The position numbers and the translations under genes are program-made. 64,000 nucleotides of DNA from Lama guanicoe. Its lineage: Eukaryota. Below, one piece after another: positions 1 through 12,930 of the stretch (positions within the stretch are counted from its first letter, which is position 1; every line of letters starts with the position of its first letter). The stretch spans positions 1,740,127 through 1,804,126 of the forward strand of contig MU053594.1 in NCBI GenBank assembly GCA_013239625.1. Reading direction: 5' to 3'. A model generated the notes under the pieces. That model saw only the letters and a program-made list of their open reading frames with translations. It searched no databases and was not told where the DNA came from.

Positions 1-170
1 AGCTCCACTCACTTCTAGATATTTACCCAAAGAAACTAAAAACACTAACTCGAAAAGATATATGCACCCCTACGTTTATTGCAGCATTATTTACAAGAGC
101 CAAGCTATGGAAACAAGTGCCCATGGACACATGAATGGATAAAGAAGATGTGTTGTATACACACACACAA

Positions 171-219
<49 letters not shown>

Positions 220-690
220 TACTACTCAGCCATAAAAAAGGAAATAAATCTTGCCATTTGTGACATGGATACAGCTTGAAGGCATTATGCTACGTGAAAT
301 AAGTCAGACAGAGAAAGACAAATACTATATGATCTCAGTTATATGTGGAATCTTTGGAAAAAAAAACAGAAGTTCAAAGATACAGAGAATAGATTGGTGG
401 TTGCAAGAGACTAGTAGTCGCAAGAGGTGAAGGAGGTGAAAAGGTAAAAACTTCCAGTTATAAAATAAGTAAGGGATATAATGTATAGCATGGAGACTAC
501 AGTAAATAATACTATATTGCATATTTGAAAGTTGCTAAGAGAGTAAATCTTAACAATCTTCAACACAAGAAAAAAATTTTGTAACCATGATGATGTATGA
601 TAATTAAACAATATACAGAAATACTGAATCATTATGTTGTATGTCTGAAACTAATATAATGTTACATGTCAATTATACCTCACTAAAAAT
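1..690 (+). mobile_element. LINE-1 3' region (ORF2 end/3'UTR) fragments in BCO2 intron 2
   Basis: L1-typical strings: 'ccactcacttctagatatttacccaaag', 'gcagcattatttacaagagccaag', 'gaaataagtcagacagagaaagacaaatac', ending 'tgtcaattatacctca' plus A-rich tail. Confidence 0.85.
157..214. repeat. compound (CA)n(GA)n microsatellite
   Basis: seen directly. Confidence 0.95.
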
Positions 691-984
691 ATTTTATATA
701 TAACTGTAATTATTTAAAACAAATCTGCAGAAATGGAAGGACTAACAGGAAATACACCAAAGTGCTAACAGAGGATGTGGTACACAATTTTCTCCCCACT
801 CCATTCTACATTTCAAAAAGTTCTACTCAGGTAAAAACTTTCATAATGAAAAAAAAGTTTCTAATATTTTTAAATGTTTAAAGCAAAGTAGATTCCTTCC
901 TGACTATAGTGGTTTCTTCACATCACTTCATGTCCCTAGTAGACACACAGAGAAATGATATACTAAAGAGTTACTGGGATTTTT

Positions 985-1400
985 TTTCATTCTTTACATA
1001 TATTTATTGAGTGCTATTTAAGGACAGGGCACTGTCCTAGATACTGGGGGTATGGGGTGAATAAGAAAAAGTCCCAGCCCTCACAGAACTGATATCTAGT
1101 GAGGGAACACAGCTAATAAATAAAAAACAAATAAAATATGCTAAATACCGATAGCGCTGAGAATTAAAATAGGTAATACGATAAACAATAGCATTTTTAG
1201 ATTGGGAGATCATGAAAGGCTCAAAGGATATGAAATTTGAGCTGATATCTGACTGACAAGAATCAGACTTGGGAAGAAAGATGAGTGAGCCAATGCCAAG
1301 ACCTTGAGCAAAAATAAATGTGCCTGGTTTGAGGAACTGAAAGAGCCATTGTGTCTGGGGGGTACTGGGTAAGGGAGTGGTATGAGGTGAAGACATTGCC
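985..1400 (-). mobile_element. LINE-2 3' fragment
   Basis: 'ttcattc...tatttattgagtgcta...ggcactgtcctagatactgggg' is the reverse complement of the L2 3' end. Confidence 0.7.
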
Positions 1401-1705
1401 CCTTCCTTCAGGAACTTGTGATGAAATAGAGCGCGGTAGTCATGGAGATAGTTCCTGACACTTCTCTTTTGGTATAAACCTTCAGACAACTTAAAACTTA
1501 CAATATTCTGCAAAGCAAAAAAAGTCAGGACTTTTAAAAAAGAATTTAAGTATCCATTTTTTTTCTACAGACTAGTTTCCTCATCTGTAATCAAAGGGAT
1601 TGCATGGCAACGTTTAGCCTCAGAGAGGAAGCAGACATTAGTGCATATTCCAAAGAACGAGCCCATGCTAAGAAACCGAAATTGTTCTCCAAAATCAAGG
1701 CTTAC

Positions 1706-1910
1706 CTATCCTTCCCAAACTCAAATTTCCCAGGTCCAATTCGAAGTAGATAGCCATTGAGCCACTCAGGAAAACGTCCCTGGACTCGAGCAGAGATGAT
1801 CTGCGGAGTCTCCTCTACCGTGGTTAGAAGTGGTGCAATACATGGAAGATTCTTCTGCTTACTGAAGACCACTTCTTTCTGATGAGAATTTCTGACATAC
1901 TTTTTCAAAA
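1706..1910 (-). CDS. BCO2: beta-carotene 9',10'-oxygenase 2, coding exon 2 (205 nt)
   Basis: Translates (V)[67 protein letters not shown](R), the carotenoid oxygenase N-terminus. Acceptor tcctcttcag, donor AG|GTAAG, phase matches exon 1. Confidence 0.97.
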
Positions 1911-2665
1911 CTGAAGAGGAAATCAAAAGCACAAAAATGTTACCAATCTTCTGTAAACATGCTGGTTCTTTATAGACAATAATCTCATCTACCGATAAGG
2001 GAAATGTAAACCTAACACCAAACATGGTCTCCAAACTCCTCTCCTTCCTCATTCTCAGACCATCAACTCTTTGGTTCTCCATTTCTGAACCACCACAATA
2101 TTTTTTATATTCTTGAGGTACAAGTCTGCCTAAGATTTAATTACCATTACCATCATTTCCCAGAGTTAAACAATGCTGGTCTTTTCACAAGACTGAATCT
2201 ACATGCTAATAGCAACCTCGTTGCTATAATAAAAAATGCCCACCATTCAATATTGTCATAATTACCTTGTCCTCAGGACTTTAGATACACCAGAATGTGA
2301 TCCCAAAGATTTCACAGTGCTTTATCAGATTCAGTAGGATCTGCAACTTAATTTTTTCTATTTTAATGGTATACATATTAATGTACACAGTATTTCTAGG
2401 AAAAAGGCGTCATAAAGTAAATTATACAGTGATACCTGGTCTGAAATTACCTGAAGTTGAAAAGTCACACACAAAAAAATCATTATTTTATAATAAAGAG
2501 ATGAAAATTGTGCCTATAATTTCATACTTAGTGTTCATTCATGGGGCATTACTGCCTAACACAGAGGGATGGTCAAATATATAATTAATTAGGTACTATA
2601 AAATACAGTCCTTTATTTCATTTCATAAAACTTTAACAGTGATATAGAAGTCTAAACTAGGGAAC

Positions 2666-2799
2666 GGGGGAAGAGTATAGCTCGAGTGGTAGAGTGCATA
2701 CTTAACATACACAAGGTCCTTGGTTCAATCCTCAGTACCTCCTCTAAAAATAAGTAAATTTGATTACCTCCCCTCTAAAAAAATTAAAAATAAAAAATT
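2666..2799 (+). mobile_element. tRNA-derived SINE (camelid vic-1-like)
   Basis: A box tagctcgagtgg, B box ggttcaatcc, 'attacctccc' plus A tail, flanked by taaactagg duplication. Confidence 0.85.
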
Positions 2800-3099
2800 T
2801 AAACTAGGAAATGAACAAACTAACACTTAGGACACTATTCCTCTAAAAAAGTAAGATTTGTGTTCTTTTAGCAAAATATTTTACAATATTATATCCTATT
2901 CCATTTCCTCAAAATCTTTCAAAAATTCAGTTTGGAGCACAGGAGACTTTCTACTTTCTTGTAAGCAACATTTCAGTCAAACTCAGCTATTTCCTAATTC
3001 CCCAAAGAAAATCATTTTCACCCTGAATGCCATCCCACTAATCTATCCCTGAAGAAATGTTATCTATTGTTCAAAGTCTATCTCAAATGCTACTTCCTT

Positions 3100-3310
3100 T
3101 AAGGGGCAGTACAGTGTAACACTTACAAGTGTAGGCTCAGGCTCTGACTGGCTCTAGAATACATGGGTTTAAATCTCTGTACAGTTTCCTCCTAAGCAGG
3201 GGATAACAATAATTCTTATTGCTTTTAAGGTTATAAATAACAAATGAGTTAGGTTATATAAAATTTTCAGAACATAGTAAATACTCAAAATGTTAGCTAT
3301 TATTATTTAT
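3100..3310 (+). mobile_element. MIR SINE
   Basis: 'cagtttcctc...ggggataacaataat...taaatactcaaaatgttagctattatt' MIR core and 3' end. Confidence 0.65.
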
Positions 3311-3489
3311 GGAACTTTTAATGATCAATCCAACAAAATGTAGTATCTTCTTTCTTTGAGTTATTTATTCATTCAATAAAGTGGTATGCACTGCTGCAGG
3401 GTAAAAGGCATTAAAACTGATAAAGAAATTCACTGCCTAGGAAACAGACATACAAGTAGATCATTTATACAGTAGTCAGTGTTTTGGTT

Positions 3490-3652
3490 GAGCGCTGTTT
3501 CTCAAAGTATGGTCTAAGGGCTACTTGTAACAGAAATACCTGGCATTATTGCTAATGTGCAGATTCACGGATCCCACTCCAGACCTAATAAAACAGAACC
3601 TCTGAGATAAGGCGAGCAGGTATTCTAAGGCATACTAAAATCTGAGAATCAC
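3490..3652. mobile_element. MER5-like hAT DNA transposon relic
   Basis: 'tttctcaaagtatggtc...cagattc...cccactccagacct...aatctgagaatcac' with terminal inverted similarity. Confidence 0.65.
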
Positions 3653-6029
3653 AAAATCAGAGGTATACAGAGGATGCTTTGAAAACTCAGAAGAGGAAAC
3701 CATCAGGCACTCATCTTACTACTGCTATCATGATGCATATTTATCCTATTCTCCTAGATTAAAATAAACTCCCTGAGTCAGGCATTTTACTCCCCTTACT
3801 TAAGCAGAATTAAACTGAATACTCTGGGCATTTGTCTTAATAGAGATTTATGAATTTAAAACATTTTGTATTTGTGAAAATATTTGCATGTTTGTTTTAT
3901 AGCCCATAGCATGCTGCTGGCAGTTTGTTACATACTCTTCCTATTTCCACAGCACTTGACACTGCAGTCAACACCTCCTTAAACCCCCTTCTACTCTTGC
4001 CTTCTGAGATACTGCACTTTTCTACCTTTCCTGCCCTCTCTTTGTTTGCTTTATGCCAGCTGACAACCTTGGGCAAGTTACTAATCACTCTGAGCCTTAG
4101 GGTTTTCAATGATAAAATAGGGATAGTGAGGATAAAAGGAGGATGAAACTTCCTGTTCCGTCTACCATCATAATTAAATACAACAGTAAATAACTTTCAA
4201 ATATTAATTCCCTTTATTGGCTCCTCTTCTTATCACCTCATGAATATGTTCCTGAAGTCTGACCTTGGACCTTTACTCTTTAATCTCAGCACTCTCCCTG
4301 GTAATCTCATCTAGTTCCTCAATTTTACTGATTACTTCTCAACATACCACCATGACTCTCAACATGTCAAGAGAATTTTTCACTTTCCCCCTTCCAAATT
4401 AATTTTCTCACCTGCTAAACAACCTAGCTTCAAAATCGCTCTGTGCCTTGAATTTATCTCCTTCACTGTCCTCCTAATGTTCACTAAGTGGTTAAACCCT
4501 GCTGACTATCCTCACACAGGCCAGGAAGAGGATGCTAAGGGGATGATACAGGGTAGCCAGTATAAATTACCAGGGTGCAGAAGTTTGCAGCGGTGCCTAG
4601 GGTAAATCCCTTGTAAAGATTTTCCCAGTCCGCCCCTCCTGGGTAGTCCCCTCAGTTTTTCTTCCAGCGTGAACCTGTCCTCATCAGCACTGATGCTTCA
4701 TCTTCTCTTACCTAGCAGTAACTTCCTTTCTTCTGTCCTAATTTAGGCCCTTACAACCTCTTAGATGGCTAGTATCACAGCCTCTTAGTTGAAACTAGAG
4801 AGGGTAGCCTTCATCTATGCTAGAACTTGCTAACTGACGGGCCTGTTGATTCCCTTAGCTTTGGGGATGGCCCGAGGCCCCAAGTCAATCACCTCCAGCC
4901 CTAAGTAGCTCATGGGGCTCCAGATTCCATCCAATTTACTCCAGTGTGATGCAAAAATACTATTTTCTATGTGAGCTATAATGTGAAAACAGTTAGGAAG
5001 CAATGCTACTAAATAAATCTTCCCATCTGACTGTATCATGCATTCCTCCACAAAACCTTTACAAATGAGTCTTCACTGTCTACCAAGTAAAATCTAAACT
5101 ACTTGACCAAGCACTGGAGGTACGTACAGTCTCACACCAACCCGCCTGTCCAGGTCTGTCTCACTAATACCTTTCCCTCCAGCCAAACTGGATCACTCCT
5201 CATCCTCTTCTCCTCATAACTGCACCCTTTTGCTTACCTAGGATATTTCTTACCTCCTTGAGGTGATGCATCCTTCAAGATGCAGTGCCCATGTCACCTG
5301 CTTTATAAACACCACATTCCCATTTCACATAGCAAGAACTGATTCTGTCTGAAATCACACAGCATGTTTTAGTACCCTTTAGGCATTTACTTATTCTGTC
5401 TAGTGTGATAAAGAAGAATATACTTTGTAACCTTTACTACCGATACTCCTTCAGTACATGGTCTTGTTTTTGTCCCCACCCCAGTATTTAACACATTGCC
5501 CTGCATCCGCAAGCATTACATTATTGAATTAAATAATTTTAAGGGCTTTAGCGCACATTAGCATTTCTAATTGCTCTGTATCAGCCAATTTCAAGAAATA
5601 AAATCATGTAACAGTTGCTGTGATAGAAAGCTCCAAAACAATAAACAGAGGTTTTAAGGCAGTCACCCAGAATGCAAATAGAGGCAGCAAACATTTACAT
5701 TAGAACATGTAGCAGTGATTTTCAATTGAGAAAGTTCTAAATAGTGAATATTCTTCCTATTGCAGATCCAAGAGAATTCTTAAACCCCAAATCCAGTCCC
5801 TATATGTTGCATAAAATACATAAATGGAAAGGCTGTTTTCCTGACAAGAAAACAAATCCTGACTCAATTTTCTTTAATTCCCAGCTCTGCAGTGTTGCTG
5901 CCTGGATGTGCTCCACAGAGAATGGAAATTTCAGAAGCTCCTAGTATTCTTCAGGAAAGAGGCACGCAGTTCTAAGTTCAGGCTAGTAGGAAAAGGAAAA
6001 AGAGGAGGAGGAAGGGGCAAATCCCCTAC

Positions 6030-6117
6030 CTGGGATCCGGTGTACTATCACAGAAAGGATATCACCTGCAATGGCAGAAAGATTGCTGAAAAAACGTAAA
6101 AAGTTTTGAAAAAACAT
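6030..6117 (-). CDS. BCO2: BCO2 coding exon 1 (88 nt), N-terminal leader
   Basis: ATG at 6117; MFFQNFLRFFSNLSAIAGDILSVIVHRIP resembles the recalled human leader MFFRVFLHFIRSHSATAVDFLPVMVHRLP; donor CAG|GTAGGG; phase 1 joins exon 2 in frame. Confidence 0.93.
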
Positions 6118-6169
6118 TTTTGTTTTTGAGTTTAGTAGCAGCAGATTCCGTGATTCCCAGATCCTCACA

Positions 6170-6500
6170 CTGACTGGCAGTGAAGTGAAACACTCACTTC
6201 CTGGGCTGTCCTTGGCTCACTGGCAAAACAGAAGGGAAAGGAGACGGGTGGAGGGGGCAGGGGTGTTAAAAAGGGCGGGGTTTCAAAAATGCCTGCAGTC
6301 TCTTAGTCTCACTTCCCGGACTGGTATCCCAGCAACCTATCTATAGTTAAGTTGCTGTTTGAAATACTGACATTGGACCACCAATAGTGGTCTCCCTCCC
6401 GAAACTTTGCTCTTTGAAATCTGTCTTCACACTACAATTAAGTCAGCTGACGAATGGGATCAATTTCATTATCCCACTCCTCTCCTCTGAATGAGTCAGA
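6170..6500 (-). promoter_or_regulatory. BCO2: BCO2 proximal promoter
   Basis: Directly upstream of exon 1. GC box gggcgggg at 6273-6280, ETS-type cacttcc motifs near 6195 and 6310, GAAGTGAAA near 6182, AP-1 TGAGTCA at 6492-6498. Confidence 0.55.
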
Positions 6501-8883
6501 TCTCTTTACTCACAGAATAAAGTCCAAATTTAATCTGTCAACAAAGGACTCTTTAATCTGGCTACAACCTACCTTTCAATCTTTGTCTCACTGCCTTTCT
6601 AACATTTCGTCTTTCCTTTTCTTTTCTATTCATTTAATTTGCTAAACATTTCTAACAATCTAGTATGAATAAAGCCCTGTGAAGGTATGTCCTTAAAAAA
6701 TTTATATATAGTTTTATTAATTTAACAAACATTTCTGAGCAACACTACTGGGCTACAAATTGAAACTAGATTCTGTGCTGTTCTCTAAGCCGGTTTAGAT
6801 GATACACTGTTCCCCTTTGTGAATTGTCAGCTCAGTAAAGTGACTTATCACATGTTTTTTGTTCTTCTGTGCCTTTGAACAAACTTTTCCCTCCTGAAAT
6901 ATCTTTCGACTTTGCTTTCCAAAAACTCATTTCAAAACCTACGTCTCTGACCCCCTTGCCAAAGCCTTCTAGTAACTCCCACTAGAAGGAGTTAATAGCA
7001 CTGTCACGGAAATACTTTTAACACTTACATGGCTTCCTAGCAAAGATGTATAACTGTATTTCAAGAAAGGAGTGGTTAAAATTGTCAGAAGGGAGAACCA
7101 AGTATCTTAAACTATTCTGTATCCCCCACAGTGCCTAGCAGATCATGAAATACAATTTGTAACTAGTGAAAAATAATTCATAAACTTGTGAAATTTTACT
7201 GAAATGAGTGAGAAGTATAAATTAAAGGGCAAATATATTCCTGCAATAATATACATCCAGTTGTGCGATAATTATTCTTATTTATGTGAATGGTACCAAA
7301 GACATCAAATTTGAGGGGAAAAAACCCTTAATTAGGCTTTCAGAAACTTTTTCCCCAGGAGGTAGCTGTTTTAACCAGTAAGTACATTGTGACTAAAAAT
7401 CAGTTCCCTAGTCTTACACACATTAAATGAAATGATCAATTCTCTGAAATACACAGAGAAGAACCAGATATTGAACGACAGTGACACTATCGAGACATAA
7501 CAAATATGAAATCCACTCTGAAATAATTAGCCTTATCTTTCACATTAATAATAAATGCTTAGAAAAAAAATAAGTCGAGAATATTTCTTAATGATGATAA
7601 GCTAGCAGAGTCACCTTCATATTTAAACAGTAAAGAACTCTGTAAGGTAACAGAATAACTCAAAATCCAGCTGATAAATCGTATCAACTCAAATATAGTC
7701 ATCCTGTTGCATTCAGTATTTAAAATCCCATTTCTAATAGTTACTTTACTGACCTTCAGCCTATCCTGTACCATCAACATATCCCTCTACAAACCTAATA
7801 ATTTTTCCCACTTAATAACAACATTTTTAGTAAATATTTACTTTACTGTTTTCAGTCTTTTCTTGTATGAGTAGTTCTTTTATGTGGTATATATGCCTTA
7901 AAATAGTAATTTGATGGAATGAGATTTTAACATTAGGAAGGCAGCATGACAAACATACGGTCCACCTGAAGAATACCAAATTCCCTATGGTATTGTCTAT
8001 AAATATGTCCAAGTTTGTGACTGCTTGTATCAGCAAAATATACATATAACAGATTAAATTATCTACATGACTGAACAATGAGTGCTGTGATTTTTTTTAA
8101 AAATCTGATGAATAGTTATCACATATAACTATAAATCATATTGAAGGTTTTCAGTAAAATCACAGCAGTAGCTTCTGTCAAAGGGAGGACTTTTTTCTGG
8201 ATAAACATTAGATCTTCTAGTCCAAATTCAACTTCTGAATTATAACAAGATTGAAATGACTCACCAAGATTGCCTTGTTGTTTAGCCAGTCTCTACTTTT
8301 GCATCACTAACCTTTACCCGACCCTGCACAGCTGCTAAGGCTTCAAAGTAAACTTCATTAACTGCACCGTTGATATGGTTGATGTGTAAAAAAATCAACT
8401 CATAAAGTTCTGGTTAGTAATTTCTGGTTTTAACTTTACCACTTTTATCACAAGACAATTAATTTTAAACCAAATTTTTATTAGCGATGTATAATAATAA
8501 TAGTGAAAATAATCAAATGGTAATATTGAATAGCAATGGCACAGTTTAATTACATATTGAGACGCTGGAAAAATTACTTTTGGGCTTTAATTTTTTTTCA
8601 ATACCAACCATGAAAAACATCTTAAAACTATCTTGAAAGCTATCCATCTGCTTTCTAAATATTCTAAAATAAAAAGTACAATATTATTAAATATTATCGA
8701 ATTAACTCAGTGAGTCTTCTAGAAAGTTAAGAAAGGTTGGGAGGATTGAAAAAATTGAATTCATACATAATTTAAATAATATAGACGTTTATAAAATATG
8801 CCAAATAGTTGACCCTCAAAAGAAAAACTACATATTTCATATTTATGTCCAGCTTAAAGCCTCTTTTAATTCTAGAGAAGAAA

Positions 8884-8889
8884 TTTATT
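8884..8889 (-). terminator. TEX12: candidate TEX12 polyadenylation signal AATAAA
   Basis: tttatt on the plus strand about 107 nt after the stop; an alternative lies at 8477-8482. Confidence 0.55.
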
Positions 8890-8995
8890 TAAGATACACA
8901 TTTTTCTTAACAACTAGCAAGCATTCAGAGCACAGATGTCATTCTTTCATTACAACAATGGGTTTAAATTCTCAGCTAATTTTAAGTACACAATT

Positions 8996-9140
8996 TTATC
9001 TGTGTAGTGTGTTTGCAATTACTGTAAGCCTCTGTCTCAGGAGCTCTCTCTTCTGTATTAGGAAGTTTTCAATGGTATTGGCTTCTTTGAAGAGTCCATC
9101 TATCTCATCAATGTAAGATGCATCTACCGCTGCTCTCTCA
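8996..9140 (-). CDS. TEX12: TEX12 last coding exon (145 nt)
   Basis: (S)[47 protein letters not shown]; acceptor ccccactag; stop TAA at 8996-8998. Confidence 0.97.
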
Positions 9141-9914
9141 CTAGTGGGGAAGAAAGTTTTACAATAAACTAGTTATAACATCTAAACCCACTATCATAGT
9201 GATGTTCTTTATTATGCTATATTTGTCAGCTATTTCATTTTAAATGGCTTTGTATATCAGAAAGCTCCATTAATTTACACACATCAGTAAAAATTCAGTC
9301 AGTCCCACAAATATTTTTGACCACTGCTCTTGATACAGCAGAATACATATCTTATATATAATAATTCTAATTTAAACTATGTACATTATTTTAATTGCCA
9401 CAGAAACCATTATTCAACTATAGTGACTGTCCAGTAGTTTAAAAAATAATCTTACAAATCATCTCAGGCCAATAGAATATTTAAATTCAGCCTTCAAATA
9501 TATATTGAAAATACTTAAAACATTTCATAAGCATAAATATCTATTTTATCTTTAATATCCCTCTATTATCATAACCTTCACCAAATGATATTTTTATACC
9601 CTCCCCTCAATGATATTTTTCTCAAATAAGTTTTTTCATAAAATTTTAAGTGTTATATCATCTAATTAGAGACCAAAATATATCTAGCCTGATATCAGCT
9701 CTGGGAGAATCAAACCAAAGGATATTTAGTAGAAAAGTTAGTCTTTGAAAATAACCAACTAATCTATTATAAGAAACTGAGGTAGAATAAAAAATTTCCA
9801 AAATTACTGGACAGGTTTTGCAGCCACTGAACTAAAATTCCCATTATGGCATTTCCAAAAGAAAACTTCTATGTCTAAGTTAAAGACTCAAGAGAATATA
9901 CTATAAGTACTTGC

Positions 9915-9966
9915 CTTAAGATCTTTGCATATGCAGACAACATGAGATTAATTTCTTTGCCCATAT
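9915..9966 (-). CDS. TEX12: TEX12 coding exon (52 nt)
   Basis: (D)MGKEINLMLSAYAKIL(S); acceptor ttttgaacag; GC-type donor AG|GCAAGT. Confidence 0.95.
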
Positions 9967-10057
9967 CTGTTCAAAAAAAATCACTAAGTTATGAACTACA
10001 ATATATCTTCCATATTATAAAATCAATGTATATAAATATAAGCACTTTATACACCAC

Positions 10058-10169
10058 CATTTAAATCTTTCTCCAGGGCTTCATCTTTATAAAACAGTCC
10101 AGAGCTTTCAGAGGAAGAGGAATCTGATTTTCCAAGAGAGGACAGTTGTGGACTATCTGGCATTTGAGG
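10058..10169 (-). CDS. TEX12: TEX12 coding exon (112 nt)
   Basis: [37 protein letters not shown]; acceptor tctcctattag; donor ATG|GTGGTG. Confidence 0.95.
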
Positions 10170-10936
10170 CTAATAGGAGAAAGCAAAGAAAATAAGTAAA
10201 CAGTTAATAAGATCCTTAAGGTATATCATTCCATCAAAAAAAAAGCAAATAAAATACCTTTCAAAAAAAAGTAAACATGCTAGAAATTATATGCTCTATT
10301 GTCCTAACCAGTCATTTGTAATTTTACTATCAAGGAAACTTTTATACCCAACAAGCACTGTTCAACATAATAATTTTATTGTGGGTTTACACTAGACTTT
10401 AAAAATGGTATTAATCCCCTGATGAAACATTTCCTGTATCTTGAACCAGCAGATGTTTCCATAGTAAAACAACAAAACTTTAATTTGGGTAACAGCCAGA
10501 TGCTTGCAAATTTTTCCAAGATAACATAATCTTTAAGGGAACAACTAATGTCCCAAATGTAATCAAATCAATTGGTGGGGTAGTAGTAAAGAAGAGTAGG
10601 ATATAGTGCTCTTCTTTAAAAATATCTGCAAGTACAATAGCTAGGTATCTTACTTATCTATCAGAATAATTATTTAAAGTCCAATGTATCATAAAGGCAT
10701 GAACCCACTTCTGTCTCTAGATCACAAATTTATCACAAAGAAATCTCCCAATAGTTTCATGGAGGCCTGTACTTAGTGAAAAAGAAGCTGAAATCAACAT
10801 AGGTCCTGCTGGGTCAATCCCAGCTCTGGAAATATGAAGACATTAAATTCCACTTATCAACAGAATTATCTTAAATGGAACAAACTTTAGCTGTATATAA
10901 AATAAAAGATTAAGGCTCCACAAGCATATAGATTAC

Positions 10937-10996
10937 CTCCAACTCTCTTGGTCTTTTGCAATTTCTATTATCAGGTTTTACAAGGTGACTTGCCAT
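10937..10996 (-). CDS. TEX12: TEX12 first coding exon (60 nt coding), synaptonemal complex central element protein
   Basis: [20 protein letters not shown]; donor GAG|GTAATC; the four exons total 369 nt = 122 aa plus stop. Confidence 0.96.
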
Positions 10997-12269
10997 ATTC
11001 TGGAGGCAAGAGCTGGAACGTTTAGAGCAATGCCAAATTTAGGTACAAACTTCATGCTGCAGCTCCCCTGAATCCTTCCCTTTCTTTCCATTCCTACTAC
11101 CACTGTTAGTTTAGGCTTTCATTATTTGTCATTTACCTAACCCACTCAAATTCTCCCTTCTATGTTTCATCCTACCAACTGCTGGTTGGGTAATCTCTCA
11201 AAACTCTGATTACTGCATCCCCTTAAGTCAAAAAAACCCTCCCTTGATAATTCATTGCTTCAGGATAAGTTCAAATTCTTCGGTGTGGAATCCAAAGTCC
11301 TACATCACCTGGCGCCAACCTATCATTCCCATGATTTTCTTCTGCTCTCTGTTATATTCCATCAGCCAAAGTAGTCTCTTTTGAACTTCTTCCTTGTTTC
11401 AGGATTCATTTAAGATTTTTCTGCCATCACAATATCTTAGTATTAAAACAAATCTTATAGTCATCTAATTCAATCTCATTTTTCACAGATGTGAAAACAA
11501 ATAGAGGTAGCTGACCAAATTCAAACATAAAAAGCTGGGCCAGACTAGAACAAGACTGCTTCTGAGATTTTTTTCCCCACTGTCCTATCTTACTTTTTTC
11601 ATATAGCATCAATTTTTACTTTCACTTTTAAATTACTTTCCCCTAAATTGTGAAGATAATTTCCCAGGGAGTCTGGAAAACTAAGTTTAAACTTAAAGAA
11701 AAACTGTTAAAACATAGAATGGTATGGTCTCTACAACTTAGTAGATGAAGATCGCTCGGTACACTCAAGTTTTCCATTGACTCTGCTTGCTTTTTGAGAA
11801 ACTCTGCTGACCTGGACAACTGTAACAAATCTGTTTGATTAGCCACATGTAATACTCATATGTATGACAGAAAGACTGCAACAAGAAGTAACAGAGATGT
11901 CTGTTTAGTAAATTCCTTATAAGGCTCCTACTATCATGTCAGTACCTTTCTAGTACATTAAGTGTAAGCACTATAATATCAACATGTAGAAAACTACTAC
12001 ATGCGCACGGGGGCGCTCACTTTGCCTTGGGAAGTTCGAGAATGTTTCAGAGAAGCCAACATGAGAACTGTTCTCGTCTCCCTTCCCCTTTTTCTCTTCC
12101 CTTTTCCTTTAACACCTCTTCTTGCCTCTCTCAAAGCAATAGAACGTGCGTTTAAGTCAAACCAAAACTTTTCTAACTAGGTAACTCTGCCTCTGTAAAA
12201 AGATTAATTTCTCTGTCATGACTTAGGGCCTCAGCCAAATCCAGGCCTCGTCAAGACACCAGGCCCCTG

Positions 12270-12930
12270 CCTGCGACAGACCCGTCACAGCCACTGACCC
12301 CGGCTGTGCAATCTGAGGCGCTGGTGCACAGTCATCACCAAGCACTACCCCTGGACCTCGTGCAACTGTTTGCTACTCGCCTTCTTTCTTCTCACCGTCA
12401 CCTCCGCCCCTCAGGCCGCCCCACCCACCTTGGTCCTCACTTTCCGCCCCGCTCCCCGCCTTTCTCCCCACGAGGGTTTCAGCCTCACTAGAGACCCTAC
12501 AAGGAAGCGTCCACCCTTTCTCATTGCCTTGCTTCACACCCAGTCACGCTCTCCCGGGCGCTCATCCCAGCATCCCCACCCCAAGCCCGCTCGACTGCTA
12601 GGCCTCGGGACCTCGTCAGCGAACGCGCAGGAATGAAGAGGCCGGATGCACTCCAGTGCGCAGGCGCAGGGGCGGTGGCGGCCTTCCCGGCAGGCAATGC
12701 GCATGTCACGTGACGTGCCCGCCCCGCCCCCCGAGCCGCGCCTGCGCCGCCTGTCTCGCCACCCCTGAGAGGCGTCTCCTGTTCATCTTCTCCGGTTGGA
12801 GTCCTTGTGAGTCAAGGCGTTTCCCTGCCTTCCAGTGCGCTTCTGCAAGAAGCGGGAACCTGAGACCCGTTCCTCAAGAAAAACCAAGCAAGAACTGCCT
12901 GCGGAAGGCCGGGGTGTGCCCCAGCCCCTT
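12270..12930. promoter_or_regulatory. TEX12: CpG island, TEX12 promoter and probable non-coding exon 1
   Basis: Only CpG-dense tract in the window. NRF1-type tgcgcaggcgca at 12657-12668, palindromic E-box GTCACGTGAC at 12705-12714, GC boxes at 12718-12730, GCGGGA at 12852-12857. Confidence 0.88.

Noticed and set aside
1037..1513. 158-aa ORF
   Set aside because: Overlaps an L2 relic and has no homology that I recognise
11643..11846. ORF starting MANQ as the TEX12 N-terminus
   Set aside because: Starts at a GTG and is unrelated downstream; the true start is MASHLVKP at 10996
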